The position numbers were made by a program, and so were the translations under genes. From sequence record NC_042098.1: a stretch of 64,000 nucleotides of DNA; one strand, written 5' to 3'. Positions 36,284-44,275 of the stretch are shown piece by piece. The notes below the pieces were generated by a model, which saw only the letters and a list, made by a program, of their open reading frames with translations, was not told the DNA's origin and searched no databases. The stretch's first letter is position 1. Every line of letters starts with the position of its first letter.

Positions 36284-36296
36284 AAACCTACATTAT
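36284..36296 (+). promoter_or_regulatory. Candidate early promoter
   Basis: AAACCTACATTAT at the start of an accessory cluster. Confidence 0.5.
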
Positions 36297-36328
36297 AAGA
36301 GGGAGATAACTTTTATAAGGAACGTACC

Positions 36329-37045
36329 ATGTATGGTTTATTAATCCTCGCCTTGCCTCAGTCACCGTACGTCCACATGAGTGCGATGACTGCGGACAGG
36401 TTTACTGAACTGCTCCCACAACTCCAGAAAGAGCTCGATGCAGATATCTTTCCTAATGTGTGTTTCCAGGGTGCATTCAATGTCAGTAATACCCGTACGG
36501 TCACTCAGCTGTTTATTCCGTGTAGCGGATTGGTGGCGGCACGGGAGTTGGGGTATGAACAGATCCGCAATATTCTCGCCAACCCAGAGAAGGAAGTCCA
36601 GCATGTCACCAACATCGGTGATTGGCTGGGTATTCCTGGTAAGGTGATGTTTGATAATGCGGATGGATCTGTGGATGAGGTCGTTGTGACTGACATGTAC
36701 AAATATCTGGTACATGAAAGAAGAGAGCGCTCTGTCTTTCGGTTCAGTCCTATTGATCTTAGTATAACCGATACCGAACCATTACCAACTCACCTCTACC
36801 CACGTGATCATTTCTACGACCAGGTCTACCTCGACAAAGACGGCGAGCGTGCTTTCCTGTCTTACGGGTCGTGCGGTGAGGAAGGCTGTGTCATAGAACC
36901 CAGAGAAGAGAAACCCGTGCAAGTGTACGGCGTTACCTACTCGTCACTGGATGAAGTGGCCCGATGCTATAACCTGCCTGAACAGTACGTGAAAGAACGC
37001 GTTGAGTCTGACAGCCTTGAATGGCTGGAGTGGTCATATTTGTAA
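36329..37045 (+). CDS. Homing-endonuclease-derived protein, paralog A
   Basis: C-terminal G.TYSSL.EVAR.YN......R..S...EW.Y (NUMOD1/IENR1-like). Shares TNIGDWL with the ORF at 40594. Confidence 0.55.
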   Translation: MYGLLILALPQSPYVHMSAMTADRFTELLPQLQKELDADIFPNVCFQGAFNVSNTRTVTQLFIPCSGLVAARELGYEQIRNILANPEKEVQHVTNIGDWLGIPGKVMFDNADGSVDEVVVTDMYKYLVHERRERSVFRFSPIDLSITDTEPLPTHLYPRDHFYDQVYLDKDGERAFLSYGSCGEEGCVIEPREEKPVQVYGVTYSSLDEVARCYNLPEQYVKERVESDSLEWLEWSYL

Positions 37046-37173
37046 AAGTATTTGGGGATGAGACGCAGAGCTGATTCCCATCTACGGTAAGTTGTTCAAG
37101 GAAGCAGCAAACCGGTTATAAAAAATGAAAGGGTTTTCGTAAGATAGTCAGTGCTCCGTACCCGAGACAATAC

Positions 37174-37371
37174 ATGACCACAAACCCGCAGTTTATTTTC
37201 GTGGCTCAGAATTCTGATGCTACACACAGCGTAGAGAAACTGGAAGTAGGACGCGATACCGATGCCCAGAAGAACCTCACGGAACTTCGTAAAGGTTTGC
37301 CGTTCGACTTCTCGTTTATCATGTCTGAAGAGGCGATCTATCAACTTCGACAGGCAGGGCACATCAACTAA
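37174..37371 (+). CDS. Small hypothetical protein
   Basis: 65 aa; fills the gap before the DUF2829 gene. Confidence 0.55.
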   Translation: MTTNPQFIFVAQNSDATHSVEKLEVGRDTDAQKNLTELRKGLPFDFSFIMSEEAIYQLRQAGHIN

Positions 37372-37386
37372 ACTGCTGAGGTAGTC

Positions 37387-37839
37387 ATGACGAACAAATC
37401 GGAGATCTCACACGGTGGTGGCGATCAGCCTATGGAAAAAGAGCAAAGCAACTTATCCGTACTGGTGAACTACTCCACAGGTGTGATGGAAGGTGACCGT
37501 TTTAATTACTCGGTTGCATTGGCGCTGTTGAAAGACGGCATCAAAGTGAAACGCGAAGACTGGAAGAACGCTTTCCTGGTGTTCGTCCCGGGTAGTCAGA
37601 ATGTTGAACTGCCAAAAGGGTCGCCGTATGAAGTCGCACTCCACGGTAAGAAGTCCGTTGCCAATATTCGTCCGCACATCGATCTGTACACGGAGTACGG
37701 TGAATTCGAAGTCGGTTGGACAGCCAACCAGGAAGACACTAACGCCGATGACTGGATGATTGTCTTAGACAAGAACACCAATCAAGACGACAGTGCCGAC
37801 GAAGAGAAAGAGTCCTCAAACGACGACTCGAAGTCATAA
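37387..37839 (+). CDS. DUF2829 / Tad2-family protein (putative nucleotide-signal sponge, anti-defence)
   Basis: AL.LLK.G.KV.R..W...FLVFVPGS...RPHID..T..G...W.ANQ.D..ADDW.IV matches the DUF2829 pattern. Confidence 0.8.
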   Translation: MTNKSEISHGGGDQPMEKEQSNLSVLVNYSTGVMEGDRFNYSVALALLKDGIKVKREDWKNAFLVFVPGSQNVELPKGSPYEVALHGKKSVANIRPHIDLYTEYGEFEVGWTANQEDTNADDWMIVLDKNTNQDDSADEEKESSNDDSKS

Positions 37840-37844
37840 ACTCC

Positions 37845-37873
37845 AGGAGAGCTTCGGCTCTCCTTTTATGCCC
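37845..37873 (+). terminator. TTCG-loop hairpin + TTTTATGCCC (variant element)
   Basis: AGGAGAGC-ttcg-GCTCTCCT-TTTATGCCC. Confidence 0.7.
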
Positions 37874-37888
37874 ATTAAGGAACATGTA

Positions 37889-38248
37889 ATGAGTGAAAAG
37901 AAAGCGTTTGAAGTGGTATTGGATAGCCGTCATGAACCGTACGAGGCTTACCAGTTATTAGTGGCTCGCATCAATACCTTATTGCGCACCGGTCAAGGCT
38001 ACCATGAAGTGAAACTCACGAAGTGGCAGCTTTACGATAACGGTCTTCTTATCAAGGGAGATGATGATGTGCATATCTCCTTGTTGCGTCATTTCTATTA
38101 CGATAAGCAACGCAATACGTTTGGTGGTGGCTTCATGGCCTTTGAGATCCTGGAAGATTTGGGTCGTTACTACAAAGTGCACGATATCACAGAAGGGATG
38201 AGCGAGAATGTTGGCCTCGTCTTCACGATCACGGTAACCACACCATAA
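37889..38248 (+). CDS. Tandem paralog array member 1
   Basis: AAGGA SD; F...DSR...LL..RI...V.LT.WQLY.N...GDD. Confidence 0.75.
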   Translation: MSEKKAFEVVLDSRHEPYEAYQLLVARINTLLRTGQGYHEVKLTKWQLYDNGLLIKGDDDVHISLLRHFYYDKQRNTFGGGFMAFEILEDLGRYYKVHDITEGMSENVGLVFTITVTTP

Positions 38249-38257
38249 GAGGTTTAG

Positions 38258-38623
38258 ATGAAACCACTCTTCGCCATGAAGTTCGATACCCGTGATGCGT
38301 CATTTACCAGTCAGCTGGATTTACTGCAATCCCGTATCAAGAGCTTCTCTAAACGTGGCACAACGATTAAGGATGTGGTAGTCACTAGTTGGCAGCTGTT
38401 TTCAAACAACATGGTGGTGGCTGGCGACGACCCCGCCTACGTCACCATCATCCACAACTACCAGTATGACATTGAACAGCAGTGTGTAGTTGGTGGCGCC
38501 AGCGCGGTAGATACTCTCAGAGAGATCTGGTCGGCATATGGTCCTGACTCGACACTCCCACGTTACGGGTCTGTGCCGGGTGCTATCGATATTCAATACA
38601 CGATTACTGTGTTCACTATTTAA
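38258..38623 (+). CDS. Tandem paralog array member 2
   Basis: GAGGT SD; F...DTR...LL..RI...V..T.WQLF.N...GDD. Confidence 0.75.
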   Translation: MKPLFAMKFDTRDASFTSQLDLLQSRIKSFSKRGTTIKDVVVTSWQLFSNNMVVAGDDPAYVTIIHNYQYDIEQQCVVGGASAVDTLREIWSAYGPDSTLPRYGSVPGAIDIQYTITVFTI

Positions 38624-38636
38624 AGGAGATACCCGC

Positions 38637-39029
38637 ATGGGAGTTTCTACTGCTGCTGCTCGTCGTTCTAAAGAAGGGGTGTTTACCCGGAGTATTGAAG
38701 TGCGTCATGATCACTGGAAACGGGATATCACTGATTTAGGACTGGATGTCCATAACCTGGTGCTGTGTAAGCAGGAGATCGTGTCAGTGACCCTCACTGC
38801 CTGGCGGGCGTATGACGAGTGCGGTGTATTGCGCGGCAGTGCCAAAGAGTTGAAGTTAGACATTACGGAATGGTTCCTCGGTGACAAAGGCCCGGTCATT
38901 AATGATGCGATCAAACCTCTCACGTTTGCCTTCATCATTAATCAACAACGCAGCCAACGCACGCCCTGGGTAAAAGATGTCCGCTTAGGGCTTAACCTGT
39001 CCATTGTCTACAAGAGGATTCAGCAATAA
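38637..39029 (+). CDS. Tandem paralog array member 3
   Basis: AAGGAG SD; VSVTLTAWRAYD..G.LRG. Confidence 0.65.
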   Translation: MGVSTAAARRSKEGVFTRSIEVRHDHWKRDITDLGLDVHNLVLCKQEIVSVTLTAWRAYDECGVLRGSAKELKLDITEWFLGDKGPVINDAIKPLTFAFIINQQRSQRTPWVKDVRLGLNLSIVYKRIQQ

Positions 39030-39373
39030 TGGAAATTGTCCACCAACTCGATCTTAGCCACGGCTGGGAACCCTTCAACCGCCTGAAAGCCGCCTTTGCC
39101 AAGAAACCCCCGGAGGCGATCCACATCACTGCCTGGGTCGCTCATGGCTATAAAGGAAACCTCATCGGCGATGAGCAAGTGGTGAAAGGGTCGTGCCAGG
39201 AGTGTCGGATTGATGTGACCCACATCTTCTTTCCCAGTCGGCCTGAGATCTTGATTGGTTTGTCGAGCTTCATTAACGCCATTAATCGTGACGGGCCGGT
39301 GAAGATCCCGGCCTGGACCGGATCGATTACTCTTTGTCTTGAATTAGCGATAAGTTATACAGATAGAATTTAA
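39029..39373 (+). CDS. Tandem paralog array member 4
   Basis: TAATG-coupled; IHITAW......G.LIGDE. Confidence 0.6.
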   Translation: MEIVHQLDLSHGWEPFNRLKAAFAKKPPEAIHITAWVAHGYKGNLIGDEQVVKGSCQECRIDVTHIFFPSRPEILIGLSSFINAINRDGPVKIPAWTGSITLCLELAISYTDRI

Positions 39374-39480
39374 TCGGCATATATTCTGTCTCGTTAGCGT
39401 AAGCTCGCTAAAAACCCTTTTAAAGTTTTGTATAACAAACTATCAACTTTGTAGAAAGAAACAAATAGGAAATTAATCTC

Positions 39481-40191
39481 ATGTTGCATGAAAACTTTGA
39501 AGCCTTAGTGGCGAACATCGCCAACCAAATCAATCAGCTGGAACCAGAGGATCTGCCGTCACTGATCCTGACCAAGAGCGAGGTCTACATCAACGACAAG
39601 CGACACGATCGCACGCGTCTACTGCTGAACCTGTTTACCCCACAACCCGGGCACACGCACGACGTGACCTTCGATCAAGAGCTGCAGGATGCTTTCGCTC
39701 ACAACAACCTGGAGTTTATCAAAGTCGGCGAGGGGATCGCCTACGGACTACTGCGTACCAGTATCGTTAACAACGAACCCGCGGTGTTCTGGATTCACGC
39801 CGATGTCTCCGATGATGCATCATTACTGAAGCAAGCCTGGGACATCATCACCGACCTGAAGAAGAATGCGGGTTACCCCCAGGCGTTTAACATTGACGTG
39901 CTCGACGTAAGCTGGCATGCGTTAAGCTGGGCACAACTGCTGGGGACTTTGCTTGACCGCACTGACCCGACCCGCCGGTTCCGTTTGGCAACTAACCCCG
40001 ATTACGATTTTGTGTTATCCCAGAAAGCCATCACGTACTACCAGGAGACGTTGAGTAAACGTCCGATGGCACCGGTTGCTTACCTCGATGACACTAACCT
40101 GTTTAATGGTGGCGACTTTAACGACAGTGATCGCAACTGGGCAATCGCCCCGAACGACAGCACCCGCCCTATCGTGAAGGTGTATGTTTAA
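39481..40191 (+). CDS. Hypothetical protein
   Basis: AGGA SD; 236 aa. Confidence 0.75.
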   Translation: MLHENFEALVANIANQINQLEPEDLPSLILTKSEVYINDKRHDRTRLLLNLFTPQPGHTHDVTFDQELQDAFAHNNLEFIKVGEGIAYGLLRTSIVNNEPAVFWIHADVSDDASLLKQAWDIITDLKKNAGYPQAFNIDVLDVSWHALSWAQLLGTLLDRTDPTRRFRLATNPDYDFVLSQKAITYYQETLSKRPMAPVAYLDDTNLFNGGDFNDSDRNWAIAPNDSTRPIVKVYV

Positions 40192-40249
40192 ATAAACACA
40201 AGCTCCAGATGGTATACTTGGAAACATTTATTGATCTGGAGCCCCAATC

Positions 40250-40549
40250 ATGCAAAACAATGACGATGTGGTGCCGATGCACTATAACCACAACGTGGAC
40301 ATGAACAACCCGCTCGACGTGGATGAAGAGGCGTTAAAGGTTCGCTTCGCCGCGCGCCTGTGCAGCTTCCTTGATCTTGCCGAGCAACTGAATAAGGATG
40401 ACTTAACCCAAAACGATATCAGTCAGTTCACCGTCGGTATCGTAAACTTAGTGTGTGACTCAATGGGCAGTAGTCCCAAACGAGACCTTTACAGGAGACA
40501 GATGGTTGACAAACTTGAACCTGTTCTGTCGAGGCATCTGATTAAATAG
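40250..40549 (+). CDS. Hypothetical protein
   Basis: GGAG SD; 99 aa. Confidence 0.7.
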   Translation: MQNNDDVVPMHYNHNVDMNNPLDVDEEALKVRFAARLCSFLDLAEQLNKDDLTQNDISQFTVGIVNLVCDSMGSSPKRDLYRRQMVDKLEPVLSRHLIK

Positions 40550-40593
40550 TCGGAGGCGTGACGGAACGCGACTACATTGCAGTATAAAAGGAT

Positions 40594-41376
40594 ATGGCTA
40601 TGACGTTCGAAAAAGAAGGGGACACGTTGCACATTGTGCGACTGAGAACCAAAGGCTGGTACCACATGACGGTAACCAGCGATCCTGATGCGAGTATGGA
40701 TATCGTTAACACGAACTTACGTCAGGGCACTTTTACTGATCCACTTTTACAACACCAGTACGACATCTGTAAAAAAGAGATGGGGCAAGATCCCAATCCA
40801 AATGACATCGTTTTCCACCAGTTCGTGACCACGCCAGACCAGACCGGGTATCAGTCTGGCCACTGGATGATTCGTGATCACATTCGCCACGGCTATTCAC
40901 TGAAGTGCCTGACTAACATCGGTGACTGGCTTTCAACCGCAGCCTATCTTTATATCCCAGACCCTGATGATAAAGAGGGTGGTGAGAGAAAATACAAAGT
41001 AACTGACTTAGGTAAGTATCTCGACAAGGAAGAGTTGTTGGGTCACTCCGACCACCTGCCGATGTATTTCTTGCCTGATGAGGAACCGGGTGACAGCTAT
41101 GATGAGTTGATTGAAACCCATCGTCTTCCGCAACCTGACAAAGGTTACTCTTGTGTGGCCATCAAGAACGGTATGTCGTTTAGTTTGCTGACGTACAACA
41201 ACTCCAAGCGGGTGCTTTCAGAAGAGGAAGAACTGCAAACCACAACCGTCCCAGTCAGGGCAGATGGTTTGCTGTACAGCTCCGTCTTAGAGTTGGCTAT
41301 GGCTAAGAACGCCCCAGTCTGGTTTGTCTTGGAGATGCTAACCTCCGAAACCGACCCAAACTGGCATTTCGTCTAA
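40594..41376 (+). CDS. Homing-endonuclease-derived protein, paralog B
   Basis: TNIGDWL...VTD..KYL shared with the ORF at 36329. C-terminal DG..YSSV.E.A......W NUMOD1-like domain. Confidence 0.55.
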   Translation: MAMTFEKEGDTLHIVRLRTKGWYHMTVTSDPDASMDIVNTNLRQGTFTDPLLQHQYDICKKEMGQDPNPNDIVFHQFVTTPDQTGYQSGHWMIRDHIRHGYSLKCLTNIGDWLSTAAYLYIPDPDDKEGGERKYKVTDLGKYLDKEELLGHSDHLPMYFLPDEEPGDSYDELIETHRLPQPDKGYSCVAIKNGMSFSLLTYNNSKRVLSEEEELQTTTVPVRADGLLYSSVLELAMAKNAPVWFVLEMLTSETDPNWHFV

Positions 41377-41464
41377 CCGAGATTGGCTGTGGGGAATCCT
41401 ATGCAATTGCAAAGTGTAGAGAGAACCACGGCCAATCGTAAGCTGTATCATAAGGAGAGAGATT

Positions 41465-43045
41465 GTGAGTGAAGCTAACCAGAACATCGTAGAAAGCTAC
41501 GACGACCTGCCGAAGAACGCGCAGAAAGGTGATCGCTATACCGTGCGTGAAGACGCGATCGTTTACGAACTCCAGGAAGATGGTTCTTGGAAAGACGTAG
41601 ACATCAACGAACAGGTTGATCAGGAAAACGAAGAGCAGGCGCAGACCGAAGATGGTCAGCAGTCTGACACCGGCGCAACTGATCAACCTGCCTCTGATGA
41701 AGAGGGCGATGCTGATTCGTCTAAAACTGCAGCTACCGATGAAGAAGACCAGGTAGATGACAACGGCGATGACAAGCAGACTCCGGCTGAAGAGAAGCAG
41801 GAAGAAGCAGCGCAGGCGGTTGATGAAACCCAACCACGTGATGACCCTTACGTACGAGGAGCGAACAGCGATGCCAATCCGGCACAACCTGAAGATGCGA
41901 ATCAAACGCAAGATCAGACTGACGAAGCAGGACAAACTCCTGATTCTTCTGACGATACCAACGCGCAGCAGGAAAGCACTGATGGCGTTGCGACGCAGGA
42001 TGCGAAAGAGCAGGCTAACATCCCGGAAGGGGTAGATCCTGAAGAAGCGCAACCTGACAACCAGCCACTGGCAGTAGCGCCGGTTGAACAACCCCCTGTC
42101 CAGCACGAAGCGGTCGCGGTTGATCCTAACGCTGACCAACCATCACCTGAAGCGCGTCCAGACAGCAAGATCGAAGAAGCAGCTGAACTGAACGCACAGA
42201 AAGAAGATGCGGCTCGTGATGAGATCGCTGAAGCCGGTGCCGATGCGCAAGCTGCGACCTCTGCTGAGCAGACTGACGCTGGCAAAGCCAAAGAAGACGC
42301 ACAGGCTGAAGGCCAGTTGCCGAACGATGGCGCTGCTGATGATGTCGCCGCTGGTAAACCACGTAATGACCAGACCTACACCGAAGATCAGAAAGCAGCG
42401 AACACGCCAGCTCCTGAAATCGTGCAGGCTCAGGAAAACCATACGTCAGAGCCTGATCCGGTAGTCAGCCAGGAAGAGACCCATGTGCAGAATGCCACGG
42501 ACCCTGACCAGCCGACTATTATCCCGCAGGAAGCGAAGTCTGAATCACTGGCGCATCAAGCTGCTGATCCAACGCAGGAAACTGTGTTTGTTAAGCAGGA
42601 TGAAAACCTGGACCCGGAAGTGCGCGTACTGCAACAGCGCATTGAAGAGTACATCGGCAACATGGGTGTGAACGGTAAGCACGATCGCCGTGACGGTCCG
42701 AAGTATCAGGCTCGCCTGTACAAAGACCTGCACTCCATCATGGCGCTGGAGCCAGTGAAGTTCAAGCAAGTGATGGACTACCTGCTGAACCGTGTGTATG
42801 AAGAACGTGCCGGTGCTTTCTCCGACACCTATACGCGCCGTTACTTCGATCAGCTGTCACCGATGCACATGCAGACCGATCGCGTGCGTGAGTTTGACAA
42901 CATCCTGTCGCTGGTAACCACTGTGGGTCATTCCAAAAACCGCAGTCGTGCCCTGCAGCAGGTTGATCTGCAACGCGCCCTGAAGAACATTCAGGATGCC
43001 GGTAAGCAGCAGCGTATGGCAGCGTACTTTGATGCTCTGCGTTAA
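41465..43045 (+). CDS. Highly acidic protein with long D/E/Q/A disordered linker and folded C-terminal domain
   Basis: AAGGAG SD and GTG start; ~330 aa of acidic low complexity between short N- and C-terminal folded regions. Confidence 0.8.
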   Translation: MSEANQNIVESYDDLPKNAQKGDRYTVREDAIVYELQEDGSWKDVDINEQVDQENEEQAQTEDGQQSDTGATDQPASDEEGDADSSKTAATDEEDQVDDNGDDKQTPAEEKQEEAAQAVDETQPRDDPYVRGANSDANPAQPEDANQTQDQTDEAGQTPDSSDDTNAQQESTDGVATQDAKEQANIPEGVDPEEAQPDNQPLAVAPVEQPPVQHEAVAVDPNADQPSPEARPDSKIEEAAELNAQKEDAARDEIAEAGADAQAATSAEQTDAGKAKEDAQAEGQLPNDGAADDVAAGKPRNDQTYTEDQKAANTPAPEIVQAQENHTSEPDPVVSQEETHVQNATDPDQPTIIPQEAKSESLAHQAADPTQETVFVKQDENLDPEVRVLQQRIEEYIGNMGVNGKHDRRDGPKYQARLYKDLHSIMALEPVKFKQVMDYLLNRVYEERAGAFSDTYTRRYFDQLSPMHMQTDRVREFDNILSLVTTVGHSKNRSRALQQVDLQRALKNIQDAGKQQRMAAYFDALR

Positions 43046-43058
43046 TTGATCATTTGAT

Positions 43059-43110
43059 CAGCATAAGGAGAGGCCTCGCGCCTCTCCTGTTTATGCCGTC
43101 TTTTTTTTTT
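43059..43110. terminator. Bidirectional hairpin flanked by CAGCATAA and TTATGCCG
   Basis: CAGCATAA-GGAGAGGC-ctcgc-GCCTCTCCT-GT-TTATGCCG followed by a T-tract, between convergent genes. Confidence 0.8.
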
Positions 43111-43612
43111 ACACTAAAATACCGTTAAAAGCCACCGGGTCATTAGCCAGGAATGGGTTGTACCGAACCACGGACTCTAACGTGTAATCGTAATAGATGA
43201 AATCCAAGCATTGCGCACCCTGGTAGGTAGTCCATGACTTTGATAGATAACCATTGCGGTCTAACGCAACGTAAGCTGGGCGGCTTGACAACGGAGTAAA
43301 CTTCATCAACACTTGTGGCTGGTTGTTGAGGTTGTTTGTAAATACAGGCAGGGAAGGATGAGCATGCCTTGCAATGGAGCACAACCAAGAGTCGTAGGTA
43401 AACCACTCTTTATACGGTGTGCCGTACATGTTGTTGGATGTGTTCAATGTAGTATTAACATATTTACCGGCATTGGCGGACATGCTGGTACTCGCGTTCG
43501 CTACCTTTGTATATTTGGCTGTATTGGCCGCAAGCCACGCCTCGAATTGCGCATAGGTCATCTTAGTACCTATCTGTGGCTGTGACTTACTGCCCATTAA
43601 CATCTCTAACAT
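43109..43612 (-). CDS. Putative virion protein with LCCL-like domain, paralog 1
   Basis: MYGTPY..TYDS..IARHA ... AY..LDRNGY.S.SW..Y. MLEML N-terminus. Confidence 0.65.
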   Translation of the reverse strand: MLEMLMGSKSQPQIGTKMTYAQFEAWLAANTAKYTKVANASTSMSANAGKYVNTTLNTSNNMYGTPYKEWFTYDSWLCSIARHAHPSLPVFTNNLNNQPQVLMKFTPLSSRPAYVALDRNGYLSKSWTTYQGAQCLDFIYYDYTLESVVRYNPFLANDPVAFNGILV

Positions 43613-43624
43613 GGTAACTCCTGA

Positions 43625-44134
43625 TTAGATCAACACCCCGTTAAACGGTACCGGTGTGCCGCCATTTAACGGAGTCCACCGCATCACAACACCCTGGGTA
43701 TTGTCGTAGTAAATAAAGTCAAGCACAGTACGACCGTTAAATGATCCGTAAGACAAGCTGGTGTAACCGTTACGATTGAGGCCTGAATAGGCACTTTTGG
43801 TAACATAAGGTCCAAGCTTCATTAAACAAAACTGTTTATTCGCCAACATGTAATCAAACATCGTTTGTGCCGGACACGCATGTCGTGCGATCCTTGCCCA
43901 AGTTGAATCGTGAGTACAGGAGTTTAAATAGGGCGTGCCCCACATGTTACCGCCATCACCCGTCATGGAGATCCTGGCATAGCCGTTCGTAAACGTGGTG
44001 GACGAAGGGGTGCCTGTATTCGACGCTGCACTGACCGCACTGTACTTAGTGGTATTGGTATTTAACCAAGTAACAAAATCCGCATAGCTCATCTTTACAG
44101 TTTTCTTGCCAGCGTACATTAATAACTCGAGCAT
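43625..44134 (-). CDS. Putative virion protein with LCCL-like domain, paralog 2
   Basis: MWGTPY..THDS..IARHA ... AYSGLNRNGYTSLSYGSF. MLELL N-terminus. Confidence 0.65.
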   Translation of the reverse strand: MLELLMYAGKKTVKMSYADFVTWLNTNTTKYSAVSAASNTGTPSSTTFTNGYARISMTGDGGNMWGTPYLNSCTHDSTWARIARHACPAQTMFDYMLANKQFCLMKLGPYVTKSAYSGLNRNGYTSLSYGSFNGRTVLDFIYYDNTQGVVMRWTPLNGGTPVPFNGVLI

Positions 44135-44205
44135 AACTCCACCTCAAAATAAAATCCCGTTAGCAAGGGTTCTGGTTCTCTAATACATGACTTATAGGAT
44201 TTAGC

Positions 44206-44235
44206 CGGCATAACGGAGCAGGCAACGCCTACTCC
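44206..44235 (-). terminator. Hairpin + TTATGCCG element (minus strand)
   Basis: Minus strand GGAGTAGGC-gtt-GCCTGCTCC-G-TTATGCCG. Confidence 0.7.
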
Positions 44236-44275
44236 TGAATCCTGGTGTGAATAACGGTTGGTCGATTGGGGTATT

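Noticed and set aside
39375-39410. CGGCATAT after the paralog array as another hairpin-TTATGCCG element
   Set aside because: It faces the wrong way for the plus-strand genes and has no adjacent strong stem. Not counted.
41399-42139. 246 aa hydrophobic minus-strand ORF and other nested ORFs in this region
   Set aside because: Antisense shadows of the acidic low-complexity gene (GAA/GAT codons give few stops on the opposite strand).
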